A stretch of 64,000 nt of DNA, taken from assembly GCF_009914755.1 (NCBI RefSeq), contig NC_060931.1; one strand, 5' to 3'. This stretch comes from the human T2T-CHM13v2.0 reference genome, Homo sapiens. The notes under the pieces are model-generated. The model did no database searches and was not told where the DNA came from. It was given only the letters and a program-made list of their open reading frames with translations. A program made the position numbers and the translations under genes. Every line of letters starts with the position of its first letter. Within the stretch, counting starts at the first letter, position 1. Of the stretch, positions 1-13,834 are shown one piece after another.

Positions 1-412
1 TCTTTACTGGGAAGGACAAACTTTCAGGGGGAGATTATTATGCATTGATATCAGCCTGGAGGCAGCACCAGACGAATCTATATAACAAACTTTACTATCT
101 TTTAAGTACTATTAGATTCCCATGTATTTACCTCCCCCCACAATTTGCTGCTTCTAGAGACTCAAAGTCTTTTTCCTTTGTCTTGTCTCTTATCGAAAAT
201 GTATTCTTCTTTGTTGAAAATGCCATATGCACCGGAGTTCTAAGCCACTTATTTGAGAATTACTCATTTCCTTGGTATCTCCTGTATCTCCTGTATATGA
301 GAATCATATATTAATGAACATGTTTGTTTTTCGCTTGTAAATCTGTCTTTGTTAGAGGAAGCCCAACTAAAAATTCAGAAGGTAGAGGAAAAATTATTCG
401 TCCTCCCCTACA
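1..412 (+). mobile_element. ERV1 LTR, MER34/MER39-like, 3' part (runs off the window start)
   Basis: Ends in GGAAAAATTATTCGTCCTCCCCTACA, like the MER34/MER39 3' terminus as recalled; abrupt junction to L1 sequence at 413. Confidence 0.7.
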
Positions 413-700
413 CTATTACGAACATGGGTGTACGAATATCTGTTCAAGTCCCTGCTTATATTTATTTGGGTATATAGTCAGAAGTAAAGTTGCTGGATCA
501 TATAGTAATGCTTTGTTTAATTTTTTGAGGAATTGCCCTACTGTTTCTCACAGTGGCTCCATCATTTTACATTTTCACCAGCAATGCTTAAATATGTCAA
601 TATTTTTCTCTCCACAAAAACACTTGCTATTTTTTTCTTTTCTTTTTTTTTTTTTGGATGATAGCCATCCTAATAGATATGACCTGCTCTCTTTTTGTGA
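413..700 (-). mobile_element. Old L1 (L1MB-like) ORF2 3' end / 3' UTR fragment
   Basis: GAACATGGGTGTACGAATATCTGTTCAAGTCCCTGC...GCTGGATCATATAGTAAT...TTTTTGAGGAATTGCC is typical antisense L1M 3' sequence. Confidence 0.8.
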
Positions 701-719
701 GTGTTAACATGGTATATAT

Positions 720-2400
720 TATTGTAACCTTTTATTTTAACCCATTTGTGTCTTTACGTTAAATGTAAAGACATTACGTGTCATAAGCATACGTCTCATA
801 AGCAGGATAATTTGGGCTTCGCTTTTTATCCAATCTGACTATCTTGTAATTCTGGCAATTCTGTGATTTATATTTTATGTCATTAATTGAATGATCAGGT
901 TTATCTATTATCTTTTTATTAGCTTTATATTTTCTCTATGTGTTTTTCATCCAAAGTGTTCTCTTTTCTGTCTTGTTTTGGATTAATTTAAATTTTTTTA
1001 TGATTTTAGTTTTCTATTTTGCTAATTATCTTTAGCTCTTTTAAGAATGTTTTCTAGTGTTCATCCAAGCAATATATCCATTTCATGCATAGTGTAAAAA
1101 CGAAACAATACTGCACTTCCATTTATCATTCCAAGCTTCATGTTATTTTTATATGATTTACTTATAAGTTACAAATGCCACAACGTATATATATATATAA
1201 TTTTAATCAGTCAATTATTTGTCAAAATACTTAAATTTTAGAAATAATCTTATTTTTTTCCCAATTTGGATACTTTTAAAAATCTTTATTTCCTTGCATA
1301 GTTCTCTGCTTTCATCTGGCAGATGGAATCTTTTTTCTTTTCTCTTGCCTGAGGAGTTTCTTGTAGTGCTGTCGTACTGACCATAGATTCTTTTAAAATT
1401 TCATGCCTAGAAAAGTCTTTATTTTATCTTCATTTTGAAAGACACTGTCTTCATGTGTAGAGTTCTAGGCTCACAGCTGTTTTATTTAGGATGCTGACGA
1501 CTTTTCTCACTGTGTTGTTTCCAGTGAGAATTATTTTCTCTTGCATACCTCCGTTCCCCTGTATGTAATATGCTCCCCTCCCCTTCAAAGCCTGGCTACT
1601 TTTAAGATTTTTTTCTCATCACTTTTGTGCATTTTTATTATAATGCACTTTTGTATTGTATTTCTTTGGCTTGGGTTTTGTGGAACTTTTTAAGTCTTGG
1701 TTTATGGTTTTAATAAAATTTGGAAAAATTTCCTTCATAATTTAAAAAAGTTTTTGCCTGCCCCCCAGCCCTAGAAATTCAAATCACCCCAATATTGGAC
1801 CCTTTCAAGTTGTCTCACAGCTCACCAAAGAGCTTTTCATTTTGTTTATGGTCTGTTTCTTTGTTTTGATTGTTTGTTTGTTTGTTTGTTTTTGATAGTT
1901 TGTCCATATGCCTCAGGCTCACTTTTAGGTCTCCTGCCCCTGCCATGTAAATCTGCCATTAATCTCACCCAGTATAATTTTTTACCTCAGATGGTGTAGT
2001 TTTCTTCTCAGGAAGTTTGATTGGCTCTTCTATCTTCCAAGTTTCTTTTTGGCTTTCTGAAATACATATTTATAATAACAGTTTGAACGTCCCTCTCTGC
2101 CCACTCTCACACTTGTGTCCGATTTGATTAACTTCTTTTTTATGTGTCATATGTTCCTACTCTTTTGAAAGCCTGGTAATGTGTGATTTGATGACCGCAT
2201 TGTACATTTCACCATTTTAGTGATGTACAATTTTGTTTCTTTATGAATGCTCTTAAGCTTTTGTCCTAGAACACCATTAAATTAGAAACAGTTCTATCCT
2301 TTTGGGTCTACTTTAAGATTTTCAGGTAGGCTCAGTCTGGCATTGAGGTCAGGGCTAATTTTTCCCCATTACAGAGACGAGAGCCTTCTGAATGCTCCAC
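720..2400 (-). mobile_element. Ancient L1M 5' region (ORF2 start, ORF1, 5' UTR), heavily degraded
   Basis: T-rich antisense L1 motifs: TTTTTATCCAATCTGAC near 825, AAAAGTCTTTATTTTATCTTCATTTTGAAAGA near 1410, AGGGCTAATTTTTCCCCATTAC near 2350. Confidence 0.6.
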
Positions 2401-5400
2401 GCAGTGCACTGTGTTGGAATCCCAATGAGGTTTCCAGGTGACAATACTTTAATATAGCAAGAGAAGACTGTTCAGTGCTCATGCCACGGAGCTCTGTGTG
2501 CACTCCTGGGAAGATTAGGAGGCTGCTCCCAAGCGGCCTCACATAACAACATTCATTATGTTTTAAAAATTTTGAAATTCAGACTTCTAAGGACAAAGGT
2601 TTTATGTTGTCAGCAGTTTGAGTGTGGATCACGAAAGAATTGTGTGGGCTGCTATACTGATTTATTAATTTACAATGAAAAATTTACTGATAAAAGAGCC
2701 AGGATATTCACATTGTCAAGATCAGGCCATTCTCTCCCTGTAGCCAAGGTTTGGGGTAGGTTAAATGACAGTTTACTCATTTTCAATAAGAAATAGCTGT
2801 GAAGCTTTTATGACCAGTGAATTATCTCCTCCCGTGGGAAGGCGAGTGAGTTCTAGGTGAATATATATCCATATGTATGTTTTGTAATCATCTCCTTATA
2901 TAAAATTTGAATGTGTATAACATATAGTTCTAAGACCTCAGATAAATGGATTCCTTTTCCTTTCTTTTCATTCTATAGAGAGGTGAATACTTTTAAGTTT
3001 ATAGCCAAAACTCGCTTTTCCCTGGACATAGCCACTACCAAATTGTTTCTTTTAATCTTTGCCTTTTGCATTTTTCAAAATTCTAAAGATAACCAATCTC
3101 CTACCTTTCTGATGCATGTATCCTTGCCTTAGATAGGTTTATAGATTAATTCTTTATGTATTCAATTTGTAAATCATTTAACCCTTCAAAGATTTACTAA
3201 TTTTTGTCTGCTAATCTACTTTGTCTAAAATTTGCAGTTTAACACAGGAGGGCAATTATTTTTCTTCTCTTTAAAGTTCTTGAAAAACATACACATTCTA
3301 TCTTGGAATTAGTGACAAGAAGGACCTATATTGTGTTATGCACTTCCTTCTTCATTGCCTGATTTAAGACTGATCACTATTCAAAATACCATTGAATAAT
3401 TTTAAGTGATTGAATAACATGAGCAAACCACACCTGTCATTTCAAAATATAGTTCCAGCAGCCTTTCGAAAGAGCAGCAGTGACATTCAAAATGCTCTTA
3501 CTTGGAATTGCATGAACACACCTCTATCAGAACGGACATAAGCCCCAATGGCAGAAGCAAGTCCTTGCAGGATCCTGGCTGAAAAACATGGCATGTCAAT
3601 TTTTGAGTTGCTGCATCTTTGGAAGACACAGAGTAGTCTTAGGGAAATAGCTGGGGAAGAGTTCATCAACCACTTATTCAGTAAGACATTATTTCATCGC
3701 TTTAACTGCTATGGCCTTTACAAGGGGTGTTTACTAGCTATCAGCCCAGTGGAGGGGGATCGGGGAGAGAGCAATGTCTAAGTGTGACTTAACAAGAACA
3801 AAACAACAAAACGAGATGAAGAGTCTTGAGAAAATGTTTGTTTCATTCTACATCATCTTTGAAGTACATTTATACAACTTAATAAGATATTTTCCTGTCT
3901 CCCACTTCACATAAAACTAATGCCTTTCATGATATTATTGGATTATTTAAGCTACACTACATTCGTCATTATGCAGAGCTTAAAGTCTTACATCAAAATG
4001 TTCCAATTTGGTCACTTTGTTGGAAGTCTCAGTAGGGAAGATGAAAAACAAGAAAGCTGACCTTGTATATAGTTTGTCTACTACATGAATGCAAAGAGCA
4101 TTTCTTTCCTGGGTTTTAGGGAAAATGAGGGCCAGCACCTTGTACAGTTGATCATGTCAGTCACAACTCTGCCTAGTTTTAATTAAAATTTTGTTAAACG
4201 ATAAAGATTGTCTCATGCAGATTCATCATAATAAAAGGCTGTTTTAGGAGTTCATGACATTCAAAATCTATTAAAATTTCATCCAAAAACTGTCAAAGTC
4301 GTTTACATCATATTTGGTAATCTTGATGGCAAATTCCCAGTGTACTATAAGATTTGTTAATTGCCAGGATCTGTGGGGTTGAATTAAAAAAAAAAATTCT
4401 ATTACTCTAAACAATTCTGTAGGGTATGCACCAAATAGTCCTGTGATGTATATAGGGCCAAGCTATGAAATCCCCTTGTCCGTCTCTGAAGATCTGCCCT
4501 TTAAGGTAAATGACAACCAAATAAACACAAGAAGCATCTCCCACAGAACCATCTGAGGCCAGATCTTCACCGTGCTTCATCAGCCATCTCATCTCAAACC
4601 CAAAAGATGAAAGAGGACAGTTACTTCTAAGATCACCAAAGTTACTATAGTAGAGATACCTCAGCTTTCTAAAAGCACCTCAAAAATCACTGTCCACATT
4701 TATAATATGTTGCTTATATAAACTACTATCTTTATAGATTGTATTATGGAGATGTTGTGCTAGGACACATTGTGCTTTTTCTTAATTTTCTTTTTGCTTT
4801 ATCTGGGAGTGTGTGTTACATAAAAATAAAAGATTTACAAATGTTTGTGTATATCTGCTCAAAACTTCCTATTAAGTTCTTATAAATAACTTAAAAGTTA
4901 TAAAATCAATCAGAATTTTGAGAATTTGGAGGTGACCATGATCTCCGTAGACCAGGGGTGGGTGGGAGTGTGTAGAAAGTTAGGAAAAGAACCCCTGGAC
5001 AGAGATACCCTTGAGCTGGTCCCTTAGCATTCAGCCTTTGCATTGATGGAGAGGAGTGATGGAGAGGCATTAAGGGTAGAGTTTTGATGTGGAAAAAAGA
5101 AAGGACATAGTGTGAATGTGTCAAGACTGAGAAGAAGCATTTAGCAGTGATTAAAATTGTTAAAAATTGATTGCCACCAGTCTGTAGGAGGTTTTCACTC
5201 ACAATGTAAAGAATTATGACTTTATGCTATGGGGTTTGCAGCACTCATGGCATTTTTGAGCAGGGAAGCGTCAAGCTGAAAATACAGTTTATTCATATTT
5301 TTAATGTACTAAAATACAAAAATCATAGTGCCATTTCCTCAAGTTACTGGTTTGTTAGTTCCACTGATTGCCCTTAAGGCCAAGATTTTGAGCATTATCT

Positions 5401-5416
5401 CTGCATGCAGCTTGAA

Positions 5417-5455
5417 ACACACACACACACACACACACACTCACATACACACACA
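5417..5455. repeat. (CA)n microsatellite
   Basis: Directly visible, with two interruptions. Confidence 0.95.
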
Positions 5456-5459
5456 GAAA

Positions 5460-6450
5460 CCATCTTTATACCTATGACATCAAAATTTGTATCTTCCCAC
5501 CCAATTTTTCTGTGCTACAAATATACATTTCTGATTGTTTATTCAACATTTTGACAAACATATTTCAAAAATTGTAAAAATTATATGTCTACAGAGAAAG
5601 CCATGATTTTCCACTCAAATCTGGCTCTCACTCAGTGATTCTTATCTCAGCAAAGGTCCCATCATCCATCCATTGTGGAAAGCTCATCTGTGGGGCTCCA
5701 CCTTGCTACTTGTCCCTTCCTTACCTGCCCTCATCATATTTAAACAAGTCCTTTAGATTTTATTTACCACGATTTCTTAATCCTGTTTACTTCCTTTCAT
5801 TTCCTAGTCTAAATTGCCCCTGACTCTACCCCAGCTATTGCCATTCTCTCTCAACAGTTTTCTCCATGTCCATTTCTGGCCTTTCAATCTGCTCAAAGCA
5901 AAAGTGAATTTTAAGCAACATATCTGTGAGCATTCTCCTTAGAACTTTCTGGTGGTTTACCAGTTGGTTAAATGTAGAGGTCAAAATGACTCACAGCAGG
6001 CTTCAAGTTGTACAATCTAGCTATAAATGTACGTGTAGCTTAACTCGACACATGCCTGTGTGTCTTTTTTGGTTATTGATGTGCTACCTTAATTATTTGT
6101 TTTTTGCACCTGTTGTGGACATTATGACCTCCTCCTTTTTTCTAATGGCACCATTATCATCTTTTAATAAACGTTTCATACCTTAGCTTATGCCATTTCC
6201 TTAATGAAGCCACCCTTAAAACATCCCTAAACCACTGAAAACTGATCGGAATTCCGTTTGTGCTCCCATAAATCTTATTTCAATGTATAGTTATCCATTT
6301 ACTATGATAACCTCAGTATCTTGTGGATTTTTTTCAATATGTTCCTCTTTTGTTTAAAGTTATTTTGTTTTCTTCGCCAGATAGACCAATGAGCACAGTA
6401 ACACCCATATAGTAAATGCTCAGTAGCTATGGTTGGAAGAAAAAATAAAT
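5460..6450 (+). mobile_element. L2 LINE 3' portion, degraded
   Basis: TCTTATCTCAGCAAAGGTCCCATCATCCATCC and AACAAGTCCTTTAGATTTTATTTACC resemble L2; L2-type tail ATAGTAAATGCTCAGTAGCTATGGTTGGAAGAAAAAATAAATG. Confidence 0.6.
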
Positions 6451-7039
6451 GGTGAGAACAGTGAAAAGTAGAAAGAAAGATGAAATATGTCTGATGAAAT
6501 ATTGGTTCTTTGGGGAACTAGGGAAGTCAAATCCATTTTGATTTCTGGCCTAACATATTCAAGAGTATAATTTACTGCACATAAGCCAAATTATAGTCAT
6601 GCATGAAGGACTGCTCAGCCCTTATTAATAATGCTCAACGACATTACAACAGCTTGTGAAGTCTTACAAAATCCATGGAGTATTCAAACTCTGAATTTTA
6701 TATGTTTACACTCCATAGAGACTTACATCAAGTGATTAAATATTTCCAAATATAAATCATATTTGGATCCAAAGAACTGTTAAGCTGTATTCAGGAGCCA
6801 GTACCAGTAGCACAAGTCCTAACCTAGGTAAGGAAATCCCTCAGTAGAGGAATAAGTAACACATGCGTTCATTTTAAATACTCATAGAAAGTGATCACAG
6901 ATACACTACTTAACTAAATATGTAATGAATTTTCAGTGGAATCTTCAGTACTCGATTGCTGTTTAAAAAAATCTTGGTCTTATAACTTAAAATTAGATTA
7001 ATCAGATATATGGTAAGCATTGTATACATCACTTTGAAT

Positions 7040-8150
7040 TTGGGTTTCATATAAGTACCACAAAGGCAGAGATTATTGTAGGTTTTGTTCATTGCTGTTT
7101 CACCAGTACCTTGAAGGATGTCAGCTACATCCTGTTTAGGTCAATTCAATAAACAGGTCACTGTTTATTGAATTAAACTATTTAAATGAATGCTCTTGTA
7201 TGTATGGACATTTATCCATATAGAATATATTTATTAAGTACCTGCCATGTGCAAAGAAGTATTTTCAGTGCTGATGATGTGACAGAGAACCCCACATTTT
7301 CTACCCTCAAGGACCCTGAGTTCGGTGGAGAGATTAATAACACATTAATATTGCAGAGGCAGATACATAGGATTATGTAAGAGGAGTTGAGGAAAGGTCA
7401 TTGGGTAAGAAAACAACTGAGTCGCATGTTGTGGAGAGAAACAAGTCAAGGAATGAGAAAATATACCCCAAGGAGAACAGCGCCAGACAAGAAAAGTTGA
7501 CTCAAGCGAGTTGGCCATTAGAGGACATATGAGACATCTGTTCTGGAGATGCATATCTCAAGGACTTGAAGGGTCCTGGTCAGATTAGGGATTTTGAACA
7601 CCACTCCCTGAGGTGGTTCAGAGGATGACCTTGTGGGGCAAGACGTGGAGGTAGTGATAGCAGTGAGAGTATGACCGAAATATGCCAGGTGAGAAAGAAT
7701 GCAGTCATACTTGGGGCAAAAGTGAATGGACTCAATTTAAGCAAAGTCTGGGAGCATAATTGGTTCGGTTTGGTGACAATTTGTATATAGGTATCAAGGA
7801 GAAGAAGTAGGGGAAGTTACGAAAAATTTATCTCATCAGCTGCATGCATAGTAGTGCTGATAACCAAAACTAAGAATATAAATAGGGACAGATTAGGGGG
7901 ACAGGTGAGTGTCCCGTCCTGGAAATCTTATTTTGGAGGCTGAATATTGGGAGAGAAATCTAGGCTTCAGTATAGATTGCACAATCAGGGTAGAGACTCA
8001 TGACAGTAAACTCAGAGGCTGAACCTTGGGAATACGAAGATTTAGGCCACACATAAAACTTGTAAGATGGAAAGGCCAGCGTAAGATAAACATACTAAAT
8101 TTGACATTACAGGAACCAAGAAGAATGTTAAGAAAGCAGAAATTTTCACA
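7040..8150. mobile_element. Two L2 fragments tail-to-tail (short + 3' end at about 7040-7160; longer - fragment at about 7200-8150)
   Basis: TTTTGTTCATTGCTGTTTCACCAGTACCT (L2 3' end, +), then ATATTTATTAAGTACCTGCCATGTGC...CCCTCAAGGA (L2 3' end, -) followed by purine-rich L2 body. Confidence 0.55.
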
Positions 8151-11100
8151 TAAAGCTAAATTCAAGTAACTCATAGTAAAAATAAAATAGATATTATTTT
8201 TAATGTTTTCTAGATTAAGAAAATGAAAGATCATAGAATGTACACGTTTGTATAAAGTTATACTAATATATAGGAAGTGAGCTTTTAGAGTAACCTATTT
8301 TAAACTTTAATATGTTGGCATTATCTTAGATTAAGTTCTAATTTTCTGGAATGAGAATTCACTCAGATTTGATCTTACTAGGATACAAACTTTAATGACT
8401 GGGCAACTAAACATGAAGTAGCCCTTGAGAAAACAGTGATTTTCATATAATTTTTTAAAATTTCAAAGACCTTTAATAGAGTGAAATTGACTCATACACA
8501 GCAAAATTGATTACTTTCCTGTGACTCTTTTTAAATTTTCATTTATTTTGAGGCTAGAGGGAGATCAATATCAAATTATATAATTGTATGATGTAATAAT
8601 GTCATCTCAGCACTCCTCAACTACTTGTCTGCCCAAAATTTTGTTAATTAATCATGCTGACTTTTAACTTAGTATTTAATAAATGAACTATAGTTTAGTA
8701 GCCTTAGGTTTGTCCAGCTTCATGCCGTCAGCCACTAAATATGTCTTAAACATCTGCTATTTGTGAGAAAGTACTAGGTGTCAAGGTACAAAAAAATAAT
8801 ACACAGTCTTGGAACATAAGGGGCTCATAGTGTAGTTTAAGACATAAATGGGAAAGTGAATTAAAAAGGAATAATAAGTAAAGTATATTTTCATAGGAGA
8901 AATGATAAAAGTAAATAAAACAGGAAAACCTAAGAGAAAATTATGAAGACTACCATTTTTAAAAGGAGAAGCCTTTATAGTGATGATAATTTTGGGGTTG
9001 TAGAGTTAACCTAAAATGTTAGCAGGTATCCACCCAGCACATGTGAGGGTGGTAGTGGAGGGTGTTGGGCAGTCCAGCCTTCCAGGCAAACAAGTAGAGT
9101 AAGTAACTCAAGGCAGAAACAGGAGCCGCCAACACTGTCCAGGTGGTCTGACCATCAATTATGGCATCCAAGAGAGTCACCAAAGAATTCAGAAGACAGG
9201 AAGAAGATTCACTTTCTTCATTTTCAGACATTTGCACTGTTGGTTTTGAACAAACTTTCTGTTTATTATTATGTCCTGTTATATTCTGAATGAATAAGAC
9301 ACAAACCTGCACTGCTTAGTACATCATGCTTGTCTTGAAAATAATATGAAAAATGCTGATTAAAGAACTTTTGCGAATATTAGAGAAAAGCATAGCAAAA
9401 TTCATATGTGTATACTTCAGTTCTTTAATCTCGTCATGATTATTTCATCCTTACTAAAATCTTTCTTTCCCTGTTTAGAATACATGATAACTGATATATT
9501 AAGGACATCATTAAAATTTTATTTAGTTTGATACAAAGTAAGAAAACTTTTTGCGATATTATCTTTATTTACTCAGGTATTTGCTTTCTGAAGAAATTAT
9601 TATTAGCCTAGTAATTATATTCACAAACAAGAATTTTTTGTAGTACTGACCTCATTGTACTATTAAATGGTAAATCTTTTTGGTTTTAATAAGGCGATTA
9701 CAGTGCAAATATAAGGCTTCAGGAGTATAATCCCTAAAGAAAATATTATCCAAGAGCACCAATGTTTTCGTGTTGAACTAGGAGTTTTCCTGGTTGCAAT
9801 GGTAAGTGAATAGTAACGTCCTGATGCCTTGATCTGTAAGTCAGCAAATTTTCCAAATCTGATTTTGGCACATGCCATTACCAAATTTAATTAGACATTT
9901 ATTAAACCATGCCTAACAAGGGTGCAGAAAAGAAAACTAGTTTGAACTTTGCTTCTGGTGCCAGTAGCATTATATAATGTGGTAAACACTGGTAAATGTG
10001 TTTAGTTCAGTAACACTTTTAATTATGATTGAGCTCTCCTTCAGAGTCTATGGATTTTACTGATGCAAAATAAACAGCAGAAAGCCAAGTGAAGGCAGTC
10101 TCATGGATTTCCATGGCCTAATTAAAGTACAGATACGTTGCTTCCCCATGGTGGCCTTAAGCAAAATAAGCTACGTGCTTGTAATTTCATAGTCAGATCC
10201 CTTTTTGCTTTAAATATGAAACTAATACAATGATATCTTTAGTCTCTGTATATCCTGTGAACTTATCTTTGTGTCTGAAACATAATAGACACTTTAGTTT
10301 TGTTGGCCAAATGAAGAAAAATATAGTAAAATAAACATATAATGCAGAGAAAATAGAATGTGTTGACTTGGGGTGATTTGACTACTTATGAGGTATAGAC
10401 AATGATGGTTAATTACTCAAATATTTAGAACTAATTTCCTCCATGTCTTTCCATCTTTAACTCATTAGATTTCCCCACACCCTCTCTCATGTTCATTCTA
10501 AAATGAAAAATGGAGAGCAGTATTAATAGCCCTGGGTCTGCGGATCTCCTGCCTTCTGACAACGTTTATTTCCTTTAGAACGTTTTGTCCATATTTGCTA
10601 AATACATAGTGACAAAGTAAATCAATGACACAATTAACTGGCATCAATCTTGAGCTTTTTTAGTTCATCCTCCAGGACTCCTTCTACTTCTTATGAAAAG
10701 GGCCGTTTCAAAGGGAAAGACATCTGTCATGTGGGCTTATGTTCTCGCTTCAGTATTGCTGAATGAAACGTGACAAAAGAAACGATGTCAAATCAATTAA
10801 AAGATAATAGTTGCACTTTTGTGTCCTTATCATGCTTCAGGTTTGGGTTTAAGCATCTCTGGCCAAGAGATATAGGCTAATTTATAGAATGTTAGCTAAT
10901 GGAGTCAGTTAATGGAATAAGGATCTGTATAAACTAGATGAAAAAGAATCAAGTGTCTGCACTTTCTGAAGAATTGAGAGATGCAGAGCATTTAATTTTG
11001 TGTTGCTGATGGGATCTTCTTTCTTGAGTTCCTCCCGTTTTTACACAAATGAACATTAGGATTGTCAGGATATCCCCCCAGAACATAACATGCCCTGAAT

Positions 11101-12574
11101 CTGCAACACTCTTTACTCAATAGGAAATTACCAATAAAAACCCACAGCAGCATGACAGAAAACACCCAGATAATGCTGGTGGAAATAACACTGGAATCAA
11201 TAACTTTATTTTTTTGTGAACTCAGAAATTGCATAACCCCATCAGCAGCCGGGTGTCTCCTTTCAGTGCAGCTGCTGAGAACTGTCTGCTCTCAGGTTCA
11301 GGGAGAAGCTCGTATTTGCTCTGTTCTTTGATATCTATTTTCTCAGAAATCAGCCTGGAGACTATGTGTACACTAGCAGATGTCATTCTTAAATGAATCA
11401 GAGCACATCCTATTTTGTATTTAAAACATTTAAACATCAAAATTCAGTTTTGTCTACATCAGAGGAGGGTTAGGCAAAATATTTACTATAGATTTATTGA
11501 TGTAATTATATTATCCCGGTGGCTGTTTAAAGTTAAGAGGCTTTCTACTTGCATCACAGATTAACATTCTAAGGATTTGTAACTGAATAACAACAATAAA
11601 AATTGCAAATGAAAATATTGCTTTTTAATTCTAATTTGAGAAATTCAAGAAATGTATCGTTTCGATGGTGTTTGCTTTTGCATAAAATGAGCTTTATTTA
11701 AAAATAAATGTCATTTTTATTCTACTGTTTAGGTGAATTATATGTACTCTTCTTTTTCTTGCTAAAATCCAGCAAGATTTTACAGTGTTCCAATGTAATA
11801 AATATTGTACTCAACATGTGGCTCACAATACAATCTGTTAAGCAGTCTGTGAGATGGAAAAACTGTGAAGTGAAGAGAATACACACCAGACATTTAAAAA
11901 TTGGCTTAAATGAATCTTTTCTATCTCAATGCAATGATAGCAGAGCACAGATGATTTTGCTTTGGGCAAAGTAAATCAGCAACAGAGAAAAAGTCGCTCA
12001 TTTGACCTGAGTCCAATTTTGTCACGTGTTCATATATCACTACTGACTTCTACGTTTCCATGTTAGCAGAATGGCAGTCAAGAATAAAAGGATGTGATGC
12101 TTGCCTTACGAGATTAGTCTGAAGGAAGAATTCGTATGTCAACTATATTTTAGAGTCAAAATTTAATGAATTCCTATAAGATTATGTTCAAGAATCAATG
12201 AAGGAAATTAAAATTGTATGAATCTAAAACTGCCTGTTACAGGTGATTTGCAGGGATTCCATGAAGGCGCATCTTACTCAACATTGCAGGTGATATCAAA
12301 AGTAAAATGTTTTCAGGTAGGAGCTGCACCAGGAGCAAGGAGGGGAGAGGAATTTTGTGCTAATTCCTGAAAAGCGAATTTACAGGTTTCAAGAGCAATC
12401 CTTGAATCTTGGCCCACTGTGGCCCAAAACTCAATGCTGTAAAACTTCAAGAATCCATAAAGAACCATGTGTTCATGCTGAATCAGAGTAGTATCTGGTA
12501 AATATATTCACTTTTCCTCTGGACAGTAAAAAGTGATATGTGGAAAATGTTTAGCTAGAAAGGTTATAAGAAGA

Positions 12575-12616
12575 TGTGTGTGTGTGTGTGTGTGTGCATA
12601 TGCATGTGTGTATGTA

Positions 12617-12647
<31 letters not shown>

Positions 12648-12660
12648 GACAGAGAGAGAA
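12575..12660. repeat. Compound (TG)n microsatellite followed by (AG)n
   Basis: Directly visible; it produces the HTHTHT ORFs on the minus strand. Confidence 0.95.
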
Positions 12661-13834
12661 AGAAGGGAAGGATGGCTCCAATAAGTAGCCAAAACAGTAG
12701 AACTCAAAACTGAGTAAAACGGGAGGAAAAACGTTAAGAGATCTAAAATGTTGGTGCAAATGGAGTTGGAAGAACTAGAACCTACCATCATAGCTCACAC
12801 AGGTTGAGGAGAAAAAGAGCAGGGGAATCACCAAGTAAAAATAAGTCTTTAAAAGAAAGAACAGAACACATGTCAGACATACACAAAGACAATAAGAATA
12901 TTTTGTTCATTTTTGTCTGCAAAAGAGAGAGAGGCTGAATGGTGCTCTAAATAGAAAACTGTTTTCCTCCAAGATGGTATTTAAACCCAGGATTGAAGAA
13001 ACACTTGAGTCAACGTCAGTGTTTCTAAATATATATCATAACTAAGAAAGTCAGGTTCTCAGTTAAACTCAGACTGTTCATGATTTTGACACCTGGCTTT
13101 GATGCAGTATACACCTGAAGCCAGTGCAATTATGTAGGACGGAGAACAGTAAATTTCAATATATTTTCTTTTCCTTAGTGAAACTTCAGTAAATAAAGGC
13201 AGATAGTAATTTTAAAATACGTGCTGGTATCCCCAAGAGAGAAATAATTTCAAGCCTTTTAATTTATCTTAAATGTTGCAGAGATTGTTTATGATTCTAC
13301 CATGTAACCATTTTTTAAGTATAATAATATATCATGCAGTGCATTGGGTACTCCAGGAAGGTGTGTCGTGAATATGGTGTGGTTTGAAGGCACAGCTCAA
13401 TACCCCACATGCCTAGGGAAATTCTGATCCAATTGGAGAGAAAAGATGCTTGTCTGTAATTAATAAATAGTAGGTTACTACACTATCATTGAAGGGATAT
13501 TGATCAGAAAGCAAGTGTCCTAATTTGACTCTTCCTAGCTATTTAGCTAATCTAACATGAATTAATCTTTCTAGGTTATGGTTACTTTGTTTTACCTATA
13601 ATAAGATTTACCTATAGTACAATTTACTTGTTTAAGGCCTTCTGACATACAGGGCACACATTTTCTCTATTGTAGTGGCTACAGGTACAGCCGTGCACCA
13701 AAACGCCTTCTGCCACTCTACTCAGAGACCTCAATCAGCAAGGCTTCCACAGAGCAAGCAAGTCTATCCTCCAGGCCAGTGGGACTTAAACCAGGTGTTC
13801 ACCTTAACGATGTCTGTTTTATACCAGTTTTGCT

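Noticed and set aside
12749-12760. GTTGGTGCAAA match to the Hsmar1 terminal repeat
   Set aside because: Only about 11 bp with no further similarity; probably chance.
12508-12791. His/Thr-rich ORFs (also 48314-48691)
   Set aside because: Translations of (CA/TG)n microsatellites.
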